Position numbers and translations under genes: made by a program. Positions 35,929-49,801 of a stretch of DNA of 64,000 nucleotides are shown piece by piece (within the stretch, counting starts at the first letter, position 1; each line of letters begins with the position of its first letter). The notes beneath the pieces were generated by a model. The model did no database searches. It was given only the letters and a program-made list of their open reading frames with translations, and was not told where the DNA came from. Source of the stretch: Mustelus asterias (lineage: Eukaryota); assembly GCF_964213995.1 (NCBI RefSeq), contig NC_135809.1:47120001-47184000 (forward strand), in the 5' to 3' direction.

Positions 35929-37419
35929 TGTGATGATACCGTGCCCTTATGAAATGTATTTTAGTTATGTTTCTTGTGTGGGTGGGATCTGCTGAATGTA
36001 TTCAAAGCCGTTTTGTCTGGTTTCAGCAGCACTCTATTACTGCATGTTTGCTTTAATCTGAACTAATGCAGGGTTCTATTATTTTGCTTTCCACTGGGAT
36101 ATTTCAGAGTGGGGCTTTATTAGATTGACAGGTAAGGTCATATGACTGGGTACAGTTTAGTTTGCACAGAACTCAAGCAGCCTGCTTTTTGGGATCTTGA
36201 GAGAGAGAGAGATCACTTTCTCTATTTCTTGCTCTGTCTGAAATGGAGACTGAAATCTGTTAGGAAATAAATCTGAGATTCTACTGTCTGGAGATGACAC
36301 TTTCTCTGGAAGTGGCCGCATGACAATTAGAAAATACATATCTATCTGGATCACTTTCCGGAGATGTTAAAAGGCCAGAGATCTAGTAGCCACAGAAGCA
36401 TATTTGTTTTTTAGTGCTAACTGGTTCTAAAGCAGGGATTTATATCTATGGGAGATACTGCTAGATTCGTCCAACAGAGTTGGCTGTTGAAACTTAATAC
36501 TTTATCATGTTTAAGTATTTTAATTGGTGACAGTTATGGCAATTCTTTTTGTTGTATTCTAACTTTTAAAATAAAGTTGGTTTTGTTAAAGTTTCCTACT
36601 GGGTCACTTCAATCAGAAACACTTTATGCTCACCTGAATGCCAAAACCACGTCTAAAAGTTAGGGTCCAGTGTTACAAGTCAGTTGGATACTTCAAGGTG
36701 TTCTATGAAGCTCGCCTGACCTGTAATGTTTTGCGTTGAATTTGTCTAGGATGAGCATGAGGTTTCACTCCAGGTGTGATTCAACTGACCCACGAGGGGC
36801 TTTTCATCAAAAATAAAGTTTAATTAAGAATATTGTTGACACATATAGTGAGACAATTAGGAAGAACCGTTAACAATTACAAACAAGAAACACAACCACG
36901 ATAATGTATAACTCTTAAGGAAATATCTCTAATGTGTTCCAACCAAAGCCAACATCCAATATACAAAATCCTCCAAATGAACACAATACAGCATAGATTA
37001 ATGCCCATTCATTATAGGTATCCAGCCTCCTGGGTTGAACGCTGAAAATCTCTTGTGAAGAAACTTGAGGTTGTAGTCAAATCTGTTTCCCAAAACACAG
37101 CTTCTTAAAGAGAAGAACAGGGAGAGGAAGAGACTGCTTCTTAGCTTGCTGCTAAACTGCTTCCCAAACACTGCCCAAAACGAAACTAAAATCCCAAAGG
37201 AACAAACCCCTATCACCTGACTGCCACAAAGGAAACTGAAAGCCCTATCAGCTGACTGCTGCAGTAGCTCCACCCCTCCCCCCCCCCCCCCCCCCCAAAT
37301 GACATTGCTGCAGCTGTAATCTGCATGATTTAAAAAAAAGACTTTTCCTAAAGGTACACTCGCATGACACTAGGCAAACTTCATAATATACCTTGGAGTT
37401 TCTGGTCTAGTCCTTAACA
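35929..37419 (+). mobile_element. Gypsy solo LTR with a second LTR nested in reverse (36671-37369)
   Basis: TGTGATGATAC...CTTAACA with TSD ATAT/GTAT; inner TGTTAC...TGACA with TSD CCAG/CTAG. Confidence 0.7.
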
Positions 37420-37509
37420 GTATTGCAAAGGCACGAGTGAGCCGTTGTAGTAATCTGGTTAGAGACTGTTAACTTTAAAAAAAAATCAGGGTACCTCATT
37501 TTAACCAAG

Positions 37510-37846
37510 TTTATTTATTCGTGGACATGGGTGTCATAGGCTGGCCAGCATTTTGAGGCCCATTCCTAGTTACCTGAGGGCAGTTGAGTCAACCACACTG
37601 CTGTGGGTCTGGAGTCACATGTAGGCCAGACCAGGTAGGGACGGCAGATTTCCTTCCCTAAAGTACATTAGTGATCCAGATGAGCTTTTTCAACAATGGT
37701 TTTATGGTCATCAGTAGATTCTTAATTCCAGATTTTAAAAAAATTTAGATTTCATCAACTGCAGTGGCGGGATTCAAACCTGGGTCGCTCGAACATTAAC
37801 TGAGTTTCTGGATTAATAGTCCTGTGACAATACAACTAGGCCATCA
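37510..37846 (-). mobile_element. tRNA-derived SINE (family of 18842-19260)
   Basis: Reverse-complement homology to 18842-19260. Confidence 0.75.
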
Positions 37847-38283
37847 CTTCTCTACAAACTGATTTCACTATTTCATACTTGAGTCTGGCGTGGGCCTCTA
37901 GAGAATTTTCCTTGGCTCCAACCATTCTGAAGTAAAATTTTCATTTAAACTCGAATTTGGGGGTCTCAGTCCCTCGTTCTGATTGCTTTTCCAATACGAG
38001 CACGCGAATCTGATTTTTTGCAGTAAGACATTGAGGCCCACTGTAGATTATCTTATGAGTTTCAAAGTAGGCAATCTTCACAAAATTCATACTGAGCGGT
38101 CATTGAGGGTTAGTTTTCACTTCACTTCTGGTACAGGTCTATCTAATGTCATTCATTTACTTTGGCTTCCTTCTCCGTGAGCTGCAAGCCACATAAAGTC
38201 CAAACTGCAACTGAGAAGCTCTCCCAGCCAACACCCAGATAAATTGCAACTCAGTGTCTTAAGTGTCTGTGGTGGTTTAACCT

Positions 38284-38540
38284 TGATGTGGAGATGCCGG
38301 CTTTGGATTGGGGTAAACATAGTAAGAAGTCTCAACACCCAGGTTAAAGTCCAACAGGTTTATTTGGTAGCACAAGCCACTAGCTTTCGGAGCGCTGCCC
38401 CTTCAGGTGAGTGGGAGTTCTGTTCACAATCAGGGCATATAAAGACGCACACTCACTTTACAAAATAATAGTTGGAATGCAAGTTTTTACAGGTAATCAA
38501 GTCTTCAAGAGACTTTAACCTGGTGTTGTGAGACTTCTTA
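38284..38540. mobile_element. Penelope pseudo-LTR fragment
   Basis: Matches 7453-7680; flanking duplication GTGGTTTAACCT. Confidence 0.85.
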
Positions 38541-39360
38541 CGTGGTTTAACCTGCCCTGGGCTATTATCAACAGACCTGTAAGTTAATATCCCTCACTTC
38601 CAATTTATTTTTTGATCGGATGAAGGAAATGGATTTTACAGCCTTTCAGGTTTACTAATTTAAGTCTTCCTCCCAAAACAAAAACATCTCTCTAGACTCC
38701 CATTGTACTTGAAAGCAAAGTAGACAGTTCTAGCACTTCAGCTCAGAAGGCCCACATGGTGTTTTATAGCTCTTAACTTTTCTACTCTGACTTTATTAAA
38801 CAAATGTGGGTCACCTTTTCAACTATTTCCAGGAATATCTGAAGCCATTTTAATGATCATATCTTTCTAGCTGTTGACATCCTCGGGCACAATGGCCCAA
38901 CCTTTAAGTGTAATAGACTTCAAGCTTGCTTTGATTTCATTTATCCCACTTTCTGCAGTTAAACATTGCAACTTGTTTTTAAAAATTTTCTAAAACTATA
39001 AGATATGTTCTAAAACATGTAAACCATGACTAAGTTATTCACAACGGGGTCAAGTCATTCATTTCTAATACAAGTGTCCTGTGGGTTTTTTGTGATTAGT
39101 AGCTTCATTTGAGCTTGAGAGGCACATTTAAATTTCTATTGTCCTTTTTCAATTTGCTAGAGCATGTTTCAGCCTCACTTGTTCTAATTCAGTTGTTACT
39201 CTGAAGCCATGAGAGAGGCTTGTGCAAACTAACTGGTTAACAAACTGCCAGAGAAGGTTAATGTTGGAGGATCTTGCAGATTCTGTCTCCACGTTGATGT
39301 GTAGTGTAGTCATTATGTTTGTTACATTGTCTTCCAAAATGATGGTTAAACCTGTTCCAT

Positions 39361-39662
39361 GATGTGGAGATGCCGGCGTTGGACTGGGGTAAGCACAGTA
39401 AGAAGTCTTACAACACCAGGTTAAAGTCCAACAGGTTTATTTGGTAGCAAATACCATAAGCTTTCGGAGCACAGCTCCTTTGTCAGATGGAGTGGATATC
39501 TGTTCTCCAACAGTGCAAACAGACACAGAAATCAAATTACAGAATACTGATTAGAATGCGAATCTCTACAGCCAGCCAGGTCTTAAATGTACAGACAATG
39601 TGGGTGGAGGGAGCATTCAACACAGGTTAAAGAGATGTGTATTGTCTCCAGACAGAACAGCT
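39361..39662 (-). mobile_element. Penelope pseudo-LTR fragment
   Basis: Matches 7453-7750; flanking duplication CTGTTCCA. Confidence 0.85.
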
Positions 39663-39862
39663 ACTGTTCCAATCAGGGAAAAGAGGCAAAACTGAACTAA
39701 TTTTATTTCTTGCTTTTCTTGTCTGTAAGCAGAAGTGTTTTTAAATTTTTGCAATTGGTTGAGGCATGTTCCCCCAAACCCTTTGTTTGTGAAATCAATT
39801 TTAAAGCTTCTGACAACAGCTGCCTTTGGGAGTGAATCAGAATTTAATTTTTTTATTCATAC

Positions 39863-42800
39863 TGTGATGATCCGATGCTATTTTGCTATTTTTATGTTTA
39901 AAGTGGGGCTGCTTTAAGCGTCAGTGTTTTGTTACAAGAGTTGATTTGTCTAGGAAAGCATGCACCTCAAATGCTGAGAATGCTTTGAGCTTGCAATGTG
40001 GGCCTTTTGTTTACTTAAGTTCTCCTTGGATTTTAGACTAGGTTGCACAGTCATGAGAGTTTTTCATTACGTTGATTGATGGATAGAATCATGTGGTTAA
40101 TGGGAGGAACTAAGTTTGCAGGGAAAACAGCTTCATTTTCATTTTAAAAGGGAGCAGTTGCTACCTGGAGCTGATGGAAGAAAGAAGTGTCTCTGTCTCT
40201 CTCCAGAGGCTTTCTGAAAGCTCCAAGACTGTTAAATCAAAGCAAGTATGCCTGTGTTTTTCTAACTAATTTTAGAGGTTCAAGTCTGAGAGAAATATTG
40301 CTTGATTGGAACTCATAGCAAAAGGTTAGTAGTTAAGAACAGTATTTGTAATAGTTAAACTATGTTAAATTTTGTTTTGACAAAAGCTCCCTAGCTTGTA
40401 GAATTGTGATTGGAGTGAAACATCCTATTCTCTCAATGCCAAAATAAAAACATTTTTGGGGTCTATTCTGGCTTCATAATATGCCTTGGGGGTTTCTGAT
40501 CTGGTACCCTAACAAAAATTGGGGCTTTTTTCTGGGATTAAAAGCTATAAGACAGTGGGTGTTGGGGTATTGGTGTTTTTTTCAGATGGTACATTCGGTT
40601 AGTTTAGATGGGGAGTGCCTGGTGGAAAAATGCTCTTTCAGTGACTGACGATTTCCTGGGTCTGGAAGAGGTCACTCGGAGTGGGTTACAAAGGGTGGTT
40701 AAAACAACACTTTTGGATTTGGCGAACAAGCTGCAGTTGACTATGCCCGAAGGAGCGAGGAAAGGCAGAGATAATTTCAGTGAAAGCTCAGAATTAAGGG
40801 TTATGAGTTAGTGGAGCTGATTCCATGAAAAGATCAGCCATGATCTTACTGAATGGTGGAGCAGGCTCGAGGGGCCAGATGGCCTACGCCTACTACTCCT
40901 AGTTAAGTTAATTTAAAATAGACAGAAACACAGTCTTGCTTGGAATTTTCTAAAATTCAATTATGAATGAAATGGTTGCAACAAGAATAAAATGAAACCG
41001 CTTGAGCACGGAAAAGAAATGACAGTTGCAACAAGAAAAATAATTGAAACAGTTGCAACAAAAAGATGAGACGCTTGAATTGCAATTACTAGCAAAAGAG
41101 AGAGTAGCCCTGGCAGAACAAAAGGAGAGAGAAAAGGGTTTTAAAAAAGCATTAGAAGTTCAGGAACTGAAAAGAAAACTTCAGCTGGAAATGGTGGAAG
41201 AGCAAAAATGGTGTGAGTAGCAGCAGCAAAAATGGCAGATGATTTTGAATTAGTTCATAAATCGGTTTGGTTTTCAACATCAATTTCAATCTGTAAAGGA
41301 TAGAAATTGGGGAAAAGAGAAATCCTCAGGTGGTCAAGGCAAAGGAGATCTCGGTGGAGATAGTAAGGATAGTTTACCTCAGGTTAAAAAGGGAACCAAT
41401 GAAGGTAGAAGAGAAATAAGAAACCTTAGATGTTTTCATTGAAATAAAGTTGGACACACAGTTGCAGTGTTTGTGGCTTAAGAAAAACACTGGGAAGACA
41501 GACATGGTTAAACAGTGTTGTACGATTAAAAAACAGATCAATTATGGTTTTTTTCTTATCAATCATTCGTGCCTCTCAGTAACTTTAAATCAATCATCTT
41601 CAAGATACACAAATCAACAATAATTCCTGTCAAATACTTTAGCCAATCGCATTCCACTGCCCAGAATAACAGTACTTTATTAGTCCATGAAATCTGGAAG
41701 CTGACTCCATTGCCCGGTCCCCTAGTAGCCTAAGGCGCTCAGCCCAGAGTTCAAATAAATGTTCTCACAGGTTCCCTTAAAGGTCACTGTCTAGCCAGAT
41801 GTAACTCTTGACACCACGTCTGGGCACCAGCCCATCTCATCCGGACAGTGAATAAACCCCATTCATGAAATATGATCAAGTGTCCTCTATGTTCCTTCCA
41901 TCTGAAACTTTACTGATAAAGCCTGCATTTTTCTAAGGCCCAAATACCCCCTCGAAATATGGCTTTGCCCTAATGACTTTTACCATGATGCCTTGCGGTA
42001 AAATGCTTTTTGACTAAAGTGAACAACATTCCTTAAAATAAATACATTCAAAATATCAGCATGTGTGTTTTACAATCACTCGTTTGAATCAATTATACTT
42101 CTTGTTAGCTTATAAAAACTTATTTTAAAAGTAGTTTAACTGAATGCTGCTAGTTCTGTCAGTGCCTTAATGTCCAATGGTTTAAAAATCTTACCATCTC
42201 ATTTGGGGTTCCGTTTTCAACATAAGGGTTTGAAGTGGCAAAGGAAACAATGATTGAAGCTAATGAGGTGCAAAAGAATGTGCAATGTTCAGAATTGGTT
42301 GATAAGCAAGTGACAGATCTTTTTAAAGCTTTTATTTGTGTGGGTAAGGTTTACTCGTCAACTAGGAGGAGTAGGTAAAGAAGTTAAGATCTTAGGATCA
42401 ATTCAATCTTTCATGGTGAGAGATGAGGAGATAATGTAGTTTGGAAGAAGTATTGTTGCCAGAAAAGGTGCAAATATGTGAAATTAATGGTGAAAAGATT
42501 TATGTTCCATTATGTAAGGTAAGGTTGGAGAGTCCGGTGAAAAGTCAAGTGATGGTAGGAGTAAAACAGAAATCTTTTTCAGGAATACAGTTTATCCTGG
42601 GTAACGATATAGCTGGATTCCAAGTGAGTGAAGTGATTGAGAAGCCAGTGGAAAATCAAACAACTGAAGTGTTGCAGGAAGTATATCCTGGGATGTTTCC
42701 TGACTGTGTGGTTTCAGGAATATAAAGACATGTGCTGAGACAGGAGGAGAGATCACTGAATGAAGATACTGAGGTTCAGTTATCAGAAACAATCTTTGAC

Positions 42801-45800
42801 TATATTGTTGAAAAAGAACAAGAATAGCTGGAAGATGAAGTAGACATCTTTACTTCAGGAAAGTTGGCAGAATTGCAACAGAAAGATGTAGAGATAAAGC
42901 AGTTGTATCAGAAAGCGTATGCAGAATGTCTTAATGAGGAAGTGGAGACCTTTACATCAAATGAAAAATTGGCAGAAGTTCATCAAGTTGTATGACTGGT
43001 GGGTTGTAGAAAGGAGGTGTTGAGAGTAACGCACGAGGTTCCAGCAGGAGGTCATTTAGGACTAAGGAAAACTCGAGCAAAAATACAAAAAACACTTTTA
43101 CTGGCCTGGTCTGTGTAAAGATGTAGTAGAATTTAGCCCTACATGTCAGGTAATAGGAAAATCTCAAGCGGTAATCAAACCAGCACCCTTAATACCCATT
43201 CTGGCATTTGAGGAGCCTTTTACAAGGGGTCTAATTGATCCTGTGGAACAAAAAGTGAGAATCAGTATTTGACTGTACTGGGCGTGTCTACTGGATTTCA
43301 GGAGGCCATACCATTTTGTAATATTACAACTAAAAGGATTGTTGGAAAGTTAGTTAAACTTTTTACCAGATACGGGCTGCCCATAAAAATCCCATCAGAT
43401 TGATCAAGAATCTAATTTTATGCCCATGTTTTAGGAATAAACTAATTTAAATCAACTGCGTATCATCCAAAATCGCAGGGAGCATTGGAATGGTGGCATC
43501 AAACTTTATATACCATGTTGAGGGCCTATAATCAGGATTATCCAGAAGATTGCGATAAAGAAATTCCTTTTGTACTTTTTGCAATTAGGGATGCACCTAA
43601 TGAATCAACTAAATTAGGTCAATTCGAAATGATTTCTGGGCATGAGATAAGACTACATTATTGGACTGTGTAAAACTTTAGGGAGAAGTTAACTAGGGCT
43701 GGTAAGTTGGCTAGACATCATTTAAAAGTGACATGACGTGATGACAAAAGAAGTGCATAAGAGATCAAAAATTGATAGTTTTGTTAGTGAAGAGGAAGTA
43801 TTAGTATTATTATCAGTAGTAAATGAACCATTAAAAGCAAGGTTCAGTGGGTCATATCAAATTGAAACAAAATTGAGTGAGATGAATTATTTGATAACGC
43901 CAGATAGAAGAAAAACTCAGTGTCATGTTAATATGCTCATGATATTTTGATAGGGAAGCAAAACAGGAGGCTAGTTGTTAAAACTCAGGGTAAAGAAACA
44001 CATTCCGATGATTCTGAATGTGACATTCCTCAAAAGGAAGTAATCAGAAATTGGGATAAATTACTAACTTGCCTTCCAGAGGAAAATCAAAATGACCTGA
44101 AAAAGTTTTTACAATCACATAGCTATATGTGGGAACAAACTAAAATAATTGTGCATAAAGTAGATGTAGGAAATGCAGCTCCAATTAAGAAACATCCATC
44201 TAGACTAAATCCACGAAAGTTGCCACAGGTTCAAAAAGAGTTTGAAAGCATGCTTAGAATGATATTGACGTGAGTTGCAACGATTGGTGCATAGCTATTG
44301 TAATGGTACCAAAGCCAGATGGTACACAACGATTGTGTGGACTATAGAAAAGTCAATGCAGTTACGAAGTGAGATTCGTATCCTATTCCTAGATTGGAAG
44401 ATTATTGAAAAGATGGGACAGGCAAATTTCATTACAAGGCAACTTGCGTAAAGGATACTGGCAAGTATTTTTATCAGAATAGTAAAGGAAGTTTTGGCTT
44501 TTGTGATGCCAAATGATCTATCAGTTTAAATCATGTCATTTGGAATGAAAAATGTGCCAGCAACATTCCAAAGACGAACCAACAATGCCATTTCTGGACT
44601 AAATAATTGTGCAGTGTACATAGACGATCTGGTGGTTTCCAGTCAGACATGGAAGGAGCTTTTGGAACATTTAAAGGAATTGTTCATCCGACTACAGGAG
44701 ACAGGCTTATAAACTTGGCTAAAAGTGAATTTGCAAAGCCCAGGTTGCGTTCTTGGGCCATAGGATTGGACATGAACAGATGGCCCCACAAAATGTTAAA
44801 ACAAAAATTACTGGGGCGTTCCAAATACCGTCCACAAGATGAGAAGTGCTGAGCTTTCTGGACATAAAGGGTTTCTGTGGGAAATTTGTGCCAAATTTTA
44901 GCAGTGTGGTTGCTCCACTGTCTGAACCGCTGAAAAAGCGCAGCACATTTCAGTGGACTTCTGGACGTCAGGAGGCATTTGACAATCTGAAAACTGTGTT
45001 AACGAACACCAGTTTTGGCGACACCAAATTATGCAAAGCAATTCAAGGTGGACATTGATGCAAGTGATGTGGACATTGGTGCACAGTACTGTTACGAGAA
45101 CAGAGCAGATGGATGGATGTATTAATCATTTTTCCAAAAAACTATAAATATTAATCAAAAGAAATATTCAACATTCGAGAAGGAGACATTGAATTTGGCA
45201 TTGGAATTGCAACATTTTATCATTTATGTGGCCAGCAATTCAAAGACAACAGTTTACACTGAACATAATCCATTGAAGTTTTTGGAGAAGTTTAAAGATT
45301 AAAATGCAGGACTGTTTAGATGGAGCTTATTGTTATAGCCGTTAATTTGAAGATTATACATGTGGGAGGAAGAGAGTGCGTGGTTGCAAATGCTTTATAA
45401 CGACTATGATATGTAAAAAGGATGAAGCATTGAATGTTGGAAAAAGACTGAACTAGGTGATACTGCTCTTTAAATTTACACGATTAGATGTAATAAGATG
45501 TATACCCTATAGAGTACTGATTGTGGCTTTAGGTAAATGAAGCCATATTTTAATATTGGGTTTATTTTTTTAAGGGCGGGGGGAGGGAGATATTTTTTAT
45601 GTTTGAGGGATGTTTAAAAATTCAGCTTTTTGCTACAGGCAGTCAGCATGTTTAGAAGGAATGCAGCTCAGATTTTGGGAAAGCAGGGTAACTCATTTCA
45701 ACCCTGCGAGTTTTTATTTTAAGTAGAGCTAACGGACTTTTTTTGTCTTAGGTTCCCCTGGGATTTCTGATTAGTGATTGACAGGGTCATGTGATGTGAT

Positions 45801-46255
45801 GAATGTGCCGAGCTGGGTCTGCAGCAGAAAGAAGGGAATGCTTTTTCAGAATGTTCTAGCTGAGTGAAACCTAGTTGAAGTTGCAGGCTTCTAGAACTCT
45901 CTCTCTCTCTCTCTCTCAAAGCTCCATGACTGTTAAATGTTAAAACAAGTAGTGGGTTTGATCTATGCATTAATGGGACTTGTTTGGGACTGGAATAATA
46001 ATTAGCTAGAAAGTAAAGTCGCTGTCTTTTTTTAAAATATTGAGCTGTTCATGGCTAAGCTGAGTAATTTGTTCGAGTTATATTTAAACTGTTGTCAAAT
46101 AAAGCTTATTTCACCATAAAAGATCCATACTTTACCAGTGGAATCATTCCTGGAAAGAAATATCCTATCCTCACATTTGTGCTGAAAAGGAAAAAATATT
46201 GGGCTCTAGCCTGGCTTCCTAATGTAACTTGGGGTTCTGGTCTGGGACCCTGACA
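39863..46255 (+). mobile_element. Near full-length decayed Gmr1-type Gypsy retrotransposon (gag-PR-IN-RT-RH order)
   Basis: 5' LTR 39863-40514, degenerate PBS TGGGGC..TCTGGGAT, gag, PR ILGND (~42600), IN GGHLG..YWPG and YHPKSQG (43000-43950) before RT DYRKVN/YIDD (44100-44950) and RH DASD, purine tract ~45572-45590, 3' LTR ending CCCTGACA. Confidence 0.88.
41516..42222 (-). mobile_element. Solo LTR of the ERV family at 16.5-23.7 kb, inserted in Gypsy gag
   Basis: Collinear with 17222-17935; TGTTG...CAACA ends; lacks the AATAAA-containing segment. Confidence 0.85.
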
Positions 46256-46440
46256 ATATAATAGACCAAAGCCTGGTGCAGAGTTGCAACAATGTCTAGT
46301 TTTAGCGTTTTAACTTTTAGTTTGGGAATTGAATTTTAAATGTATGATAAATGGGGGCGAGGGGAGAAGAGGATTTGAGTTTAAGAAATTAGTGAACTGA
46401 CTTAAGGTAATTGCAATTTAACAGGGTTAGAGTTCAAAGA

Positions 46441-47167
46441 TGTGGTTCTAGACAATCTCTCAGGATTAAGTTTGACTGCATCAGCCAACTTGGAGCCCAG
46501 TGTTGGGTCTGCTAGGAAACTTTTATCAAAGCAGACTCTATTTAGGAACACAGAATATAACAAAAAGACTTAGCATAACTTTTATCCATTAAAACACTTA
46601 AACATGATAAAGTATAATTCTTAACTATCTATCTCTATTGTTCCAATTTAAAGCAATATCCCCATAGACAAACACCCTTCTTGAGAATTAGCACAAAAAG
46701 ACAAGTAAGCTCATGTGGTTCTGGATTTGCAGCCTTTTAATACTTCTGGACAGAGATCCAGTCGGTGGTTTTTTGAGAAGGATACATCTTCAACAGCAGA
46801 ACTTCCGAAATGAACCCAGTCTTTGGCAGCTCCCAGTCTCCTGACCTCAGACAGAAAGGGATACCTCTCTACAGTTTCCGAAAACAGCAACCCTCAGGGA
46901 AAGAGCCACTGTCATACAGCTGAATCTCCCAGAAAGAGACTGATCTACCTATCAATCAACCTAATCAAGTCCTACTCTGCAAAACCCCAGGGAACGTCTC
47001 AAAAATGACTAAGCGTTAGTCCAGATTAAAACGAACATTGTAGCAATTGGGATGAATTGTGCTACTGCAGTAACAATACAGGATGCTGGTCACAGACAAA
47101 ACGGCACTGATAACGCAAACAAATCCTGCGCAAGATACATTTCTTAAAGGCACAGTATCATCTCGCA
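46441..47167 (-). mobile_element. Gypsy-family solo LTR (reverse)
   Basis: Ends TTCTTAAAGGCACAGTATCATC, the reverse complement of the LTR start seen at 4228, 35929 and 62392. Confidence 0.6.
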
Positions 47168-47479
47168 ATAGTATTGGGAGTGAACTGTTGAGATCTTCAG
47201 GCCTAAAGAATAAAGGTTTACAAAATAGCGCAAGTTAGGAATACTTTGTTTAATTCTTGTACAGTGAAAGTTTCTGTTTAAAATGTGAAACCTTAATAGC
47301 TGGGAGTTTGTTTTCAAAAAAAAAGTTATTGGTCAAGAACATACGTGTTGTTCTACCTCTTTACAAAGTTATCATTATGACTGCACATATATAGCCAGCT
47401 TAATTACTGTCGATTCTTACAGATCAGACAAATTGAAAAGCATGGATATACCTTGTCTGTTACCATGATTGCCTACTAT

Positions 47480-48100
47480 CTCTATAACAATGCCCTTCTT
47501 CATCCTTCTCTAGCTCATTATGCTGAAATCAATATTTCTGCACTTGTCTCCTGGCTTTGTCTATTCTAATTTGTCTATTCTCCTTTTGGCTGGCTTGTTG
47601 CCTTGCACCATTTGTAAACAAGAGCTTGTACAAATCTCCGCTTCGCATCTCTTAACTTGCACCATTCACCTATTGCCCTTGTGCTTGGTCACCTATATTA
47701 ACACTGTTCCTTGTGTGCTAATTTCTCAACTTTAAAAATTCTCATTTTTGTTCTCAAATCTTTCCATGTCAATTTTTGTTTGATTCTCATTAAATGCTGG
47801 CCTAGCCAGCCAATATCCACATTCTGTTGATGAATTTCCTCCAACCCCACAACCATCTTGAGATCTGTGTACCTCCAAATTTGCTCTCTGTACATTCCTG
47901 ATTTCCATTGCTGTACCATCGGCGACCCTGCCTTCAGTACCTACCCTGCAACCTCTGGAATTTCCTTCCTAAACCTATTTATCTCTCTTTTAAGATGCTC
48001 CTTAAAACCTACCTGTTTCCTGTTCCAATACCTCGTGGCTCAGTGTTTTCTTTCAAAAACACTCGTGTTGGTCTTTAGATGTATTATTACCATGCAGGAA
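47480..48100 (+). mobile_element. Old L2-like LINE 3' remnant
   Basis: Degenerate CATTCACCTATT...TTTAAAAATTCTC...CTCCTTAAAACCTACCT L2-type 3' motifs. Confidence 0.55.
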
Positions 48101-48700
48101 CTATGCAAATGTGTTTCAGATGTGATGGGGGAGAAAAAGAACATTTCAAGATTGCCTTTGCACCTGTGTGAAAGAGGATCTAAGAGGTAGATAGTGTAAG
48201 CTAATCATAAAACCATTTCTTCAAGTCTAAATTTTCCAACATTTAAACCTACCTTCGCAGGCGAAGTTGCTTAATTTTGGTTTAACTTGCTGGTGTGCTG
48301 CGTTTGTTGAGAGAATGAAAGATCAGGATCTGGAAGGGTCCAGTGAAGACCAGGGCTGACTCGCAGGTTAAAGATTGGTTATGGGATCTGGGTGTCTTGT
48401 GGGGAAACGTAATCGGGTTTGGGAGCAATAAGGAATTTGTAGGGATTGAGTTCAGTCATTTGAGTGTGATGTGGGAACTTTGGGACTCTGGCATGAATAG
48501 GTTTAGGAGCATTGCCAGTATGTGTCAGTATTAGAGAGGGGCTTTGGCTGTCCAGGTCCTGTGATGTGGAATTCTCTCACTTAAAGCTTTCATTTCCCCC
48601 TCCTCCATTTAAGACCCTTCACAAACCTATTTATTTGACTAAACTCATCATTAATTGTTTTACCATTGGTGTTTGTTTGATTGCACTAAAATTAAGTTAT

Positions 48701-48961
48701 GATGTGGAGATGCTGGCGTTGGACTGGGGTGAACACAGTAAGAAGTCTCGCAACACCAGGTTAAAGTCCAACAGGTTTATTTGGTAGCAAATACCATAAG
48801 CTTTCGGAGCACTGCTCCTTCGTCAGATGGAGTGGAAATCTGCTCTCAAACAGTGCAAACAGACACTCCATCTGACGAAGGAGCAGTGCTCCGAAAGCTT
48901 ATGGTATTTGCTACCAAATAAACCTGTTGGACTTTAACCTGGTGTTGAGAGACTTCTTACT
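48701..48961. mobile_element. Non-autonomous palindromic Penelope pseudo-LTR element
   Basis: ~98-bp inverted arms 48737-48834 and 48864-48961 with one mismatch; flanking duplication ACTAAAATTAAGT. Confidence 0.9.
48868..48904 (+). ncRNA. Minimal type I hammerhead ribozyme (mirror copy at 48794-48830 on -)
   Basis: CCAU-CUGACGA-A-GGAGC-AGU-GCUCC-GAAA-GCUU^AUGG: intact core, stem II, palindromic stem III AAGCUU, stem I CCAU/AUGG. Confidence 0.8.
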
Positions 48962-49801
48962 AAAATTAAGTGCCATGGTAAGTTCCTCAATATAAAATGC
49001 TGTAAGCTACAGGACTATGGGTTGGGTGCAGGATGCTGGGAAAGAAAACACTGAGCCACGAGGTATTGGAACAGGAAACAGGCACCTGGGTATCCACGGG
49101 CTGGCGTGGACGAGATGGGCTGAATGGTCTCCTTCTGTGCTGTAACTTTTCTATGATTCTATGGTTAAAGGCACTATATAAATGTAGGTTATTCTTGTAG
49201 TTTTTGTGAAGGATGGAGGCTAAGAAATGGGACCTGAATTGAACTAAACTGCAGCACTTCCCAGCCCATTGACACTCATTGGTCATCCTGTTGTCAGCTG
49301 GTTTCTACCTTGTACCACTTAGTGCATTACAAGCTGACTTGCTGACTTGCGTAGCATCCTAGTACTAGGTATTTCTATAAACAAACTGAGTGCTCAGAAA
49401 TAACTTGTCTAGTTTCCCAGTTTTAAAAATTTCAAAATAGTCTTAATTCTTAAACTGAATTTTCACCATTTTGAGCAAAGTACGTACATTATGAATTAAA
49501 TTTATTCTGCGTTCCTGTGGTTTATAGTAGTGACTACATTTCAACAGGACTTCATTGGTGGTGAAACGTGCTTTGGCCCATCCTTGGCCCAAGAAAGCAC
49601 ATCTGTTGCTACATAGGCAGTTCTTAATTGGAGTTCTTTTAACTTATTCATCTTGTAATGAAGCTCTGGAAATTTAATCTCCAGCTACTGTTGTTCCCTA
49701 AAAAGGCAAACTAAAAATGATCATAGAATGAGGAGGTGTGCCCTTTTAAGTCGAACCTAGAATTGCTGGGAAATTTAGATGTGGTTATAAAACTTTTTCA
49801 G

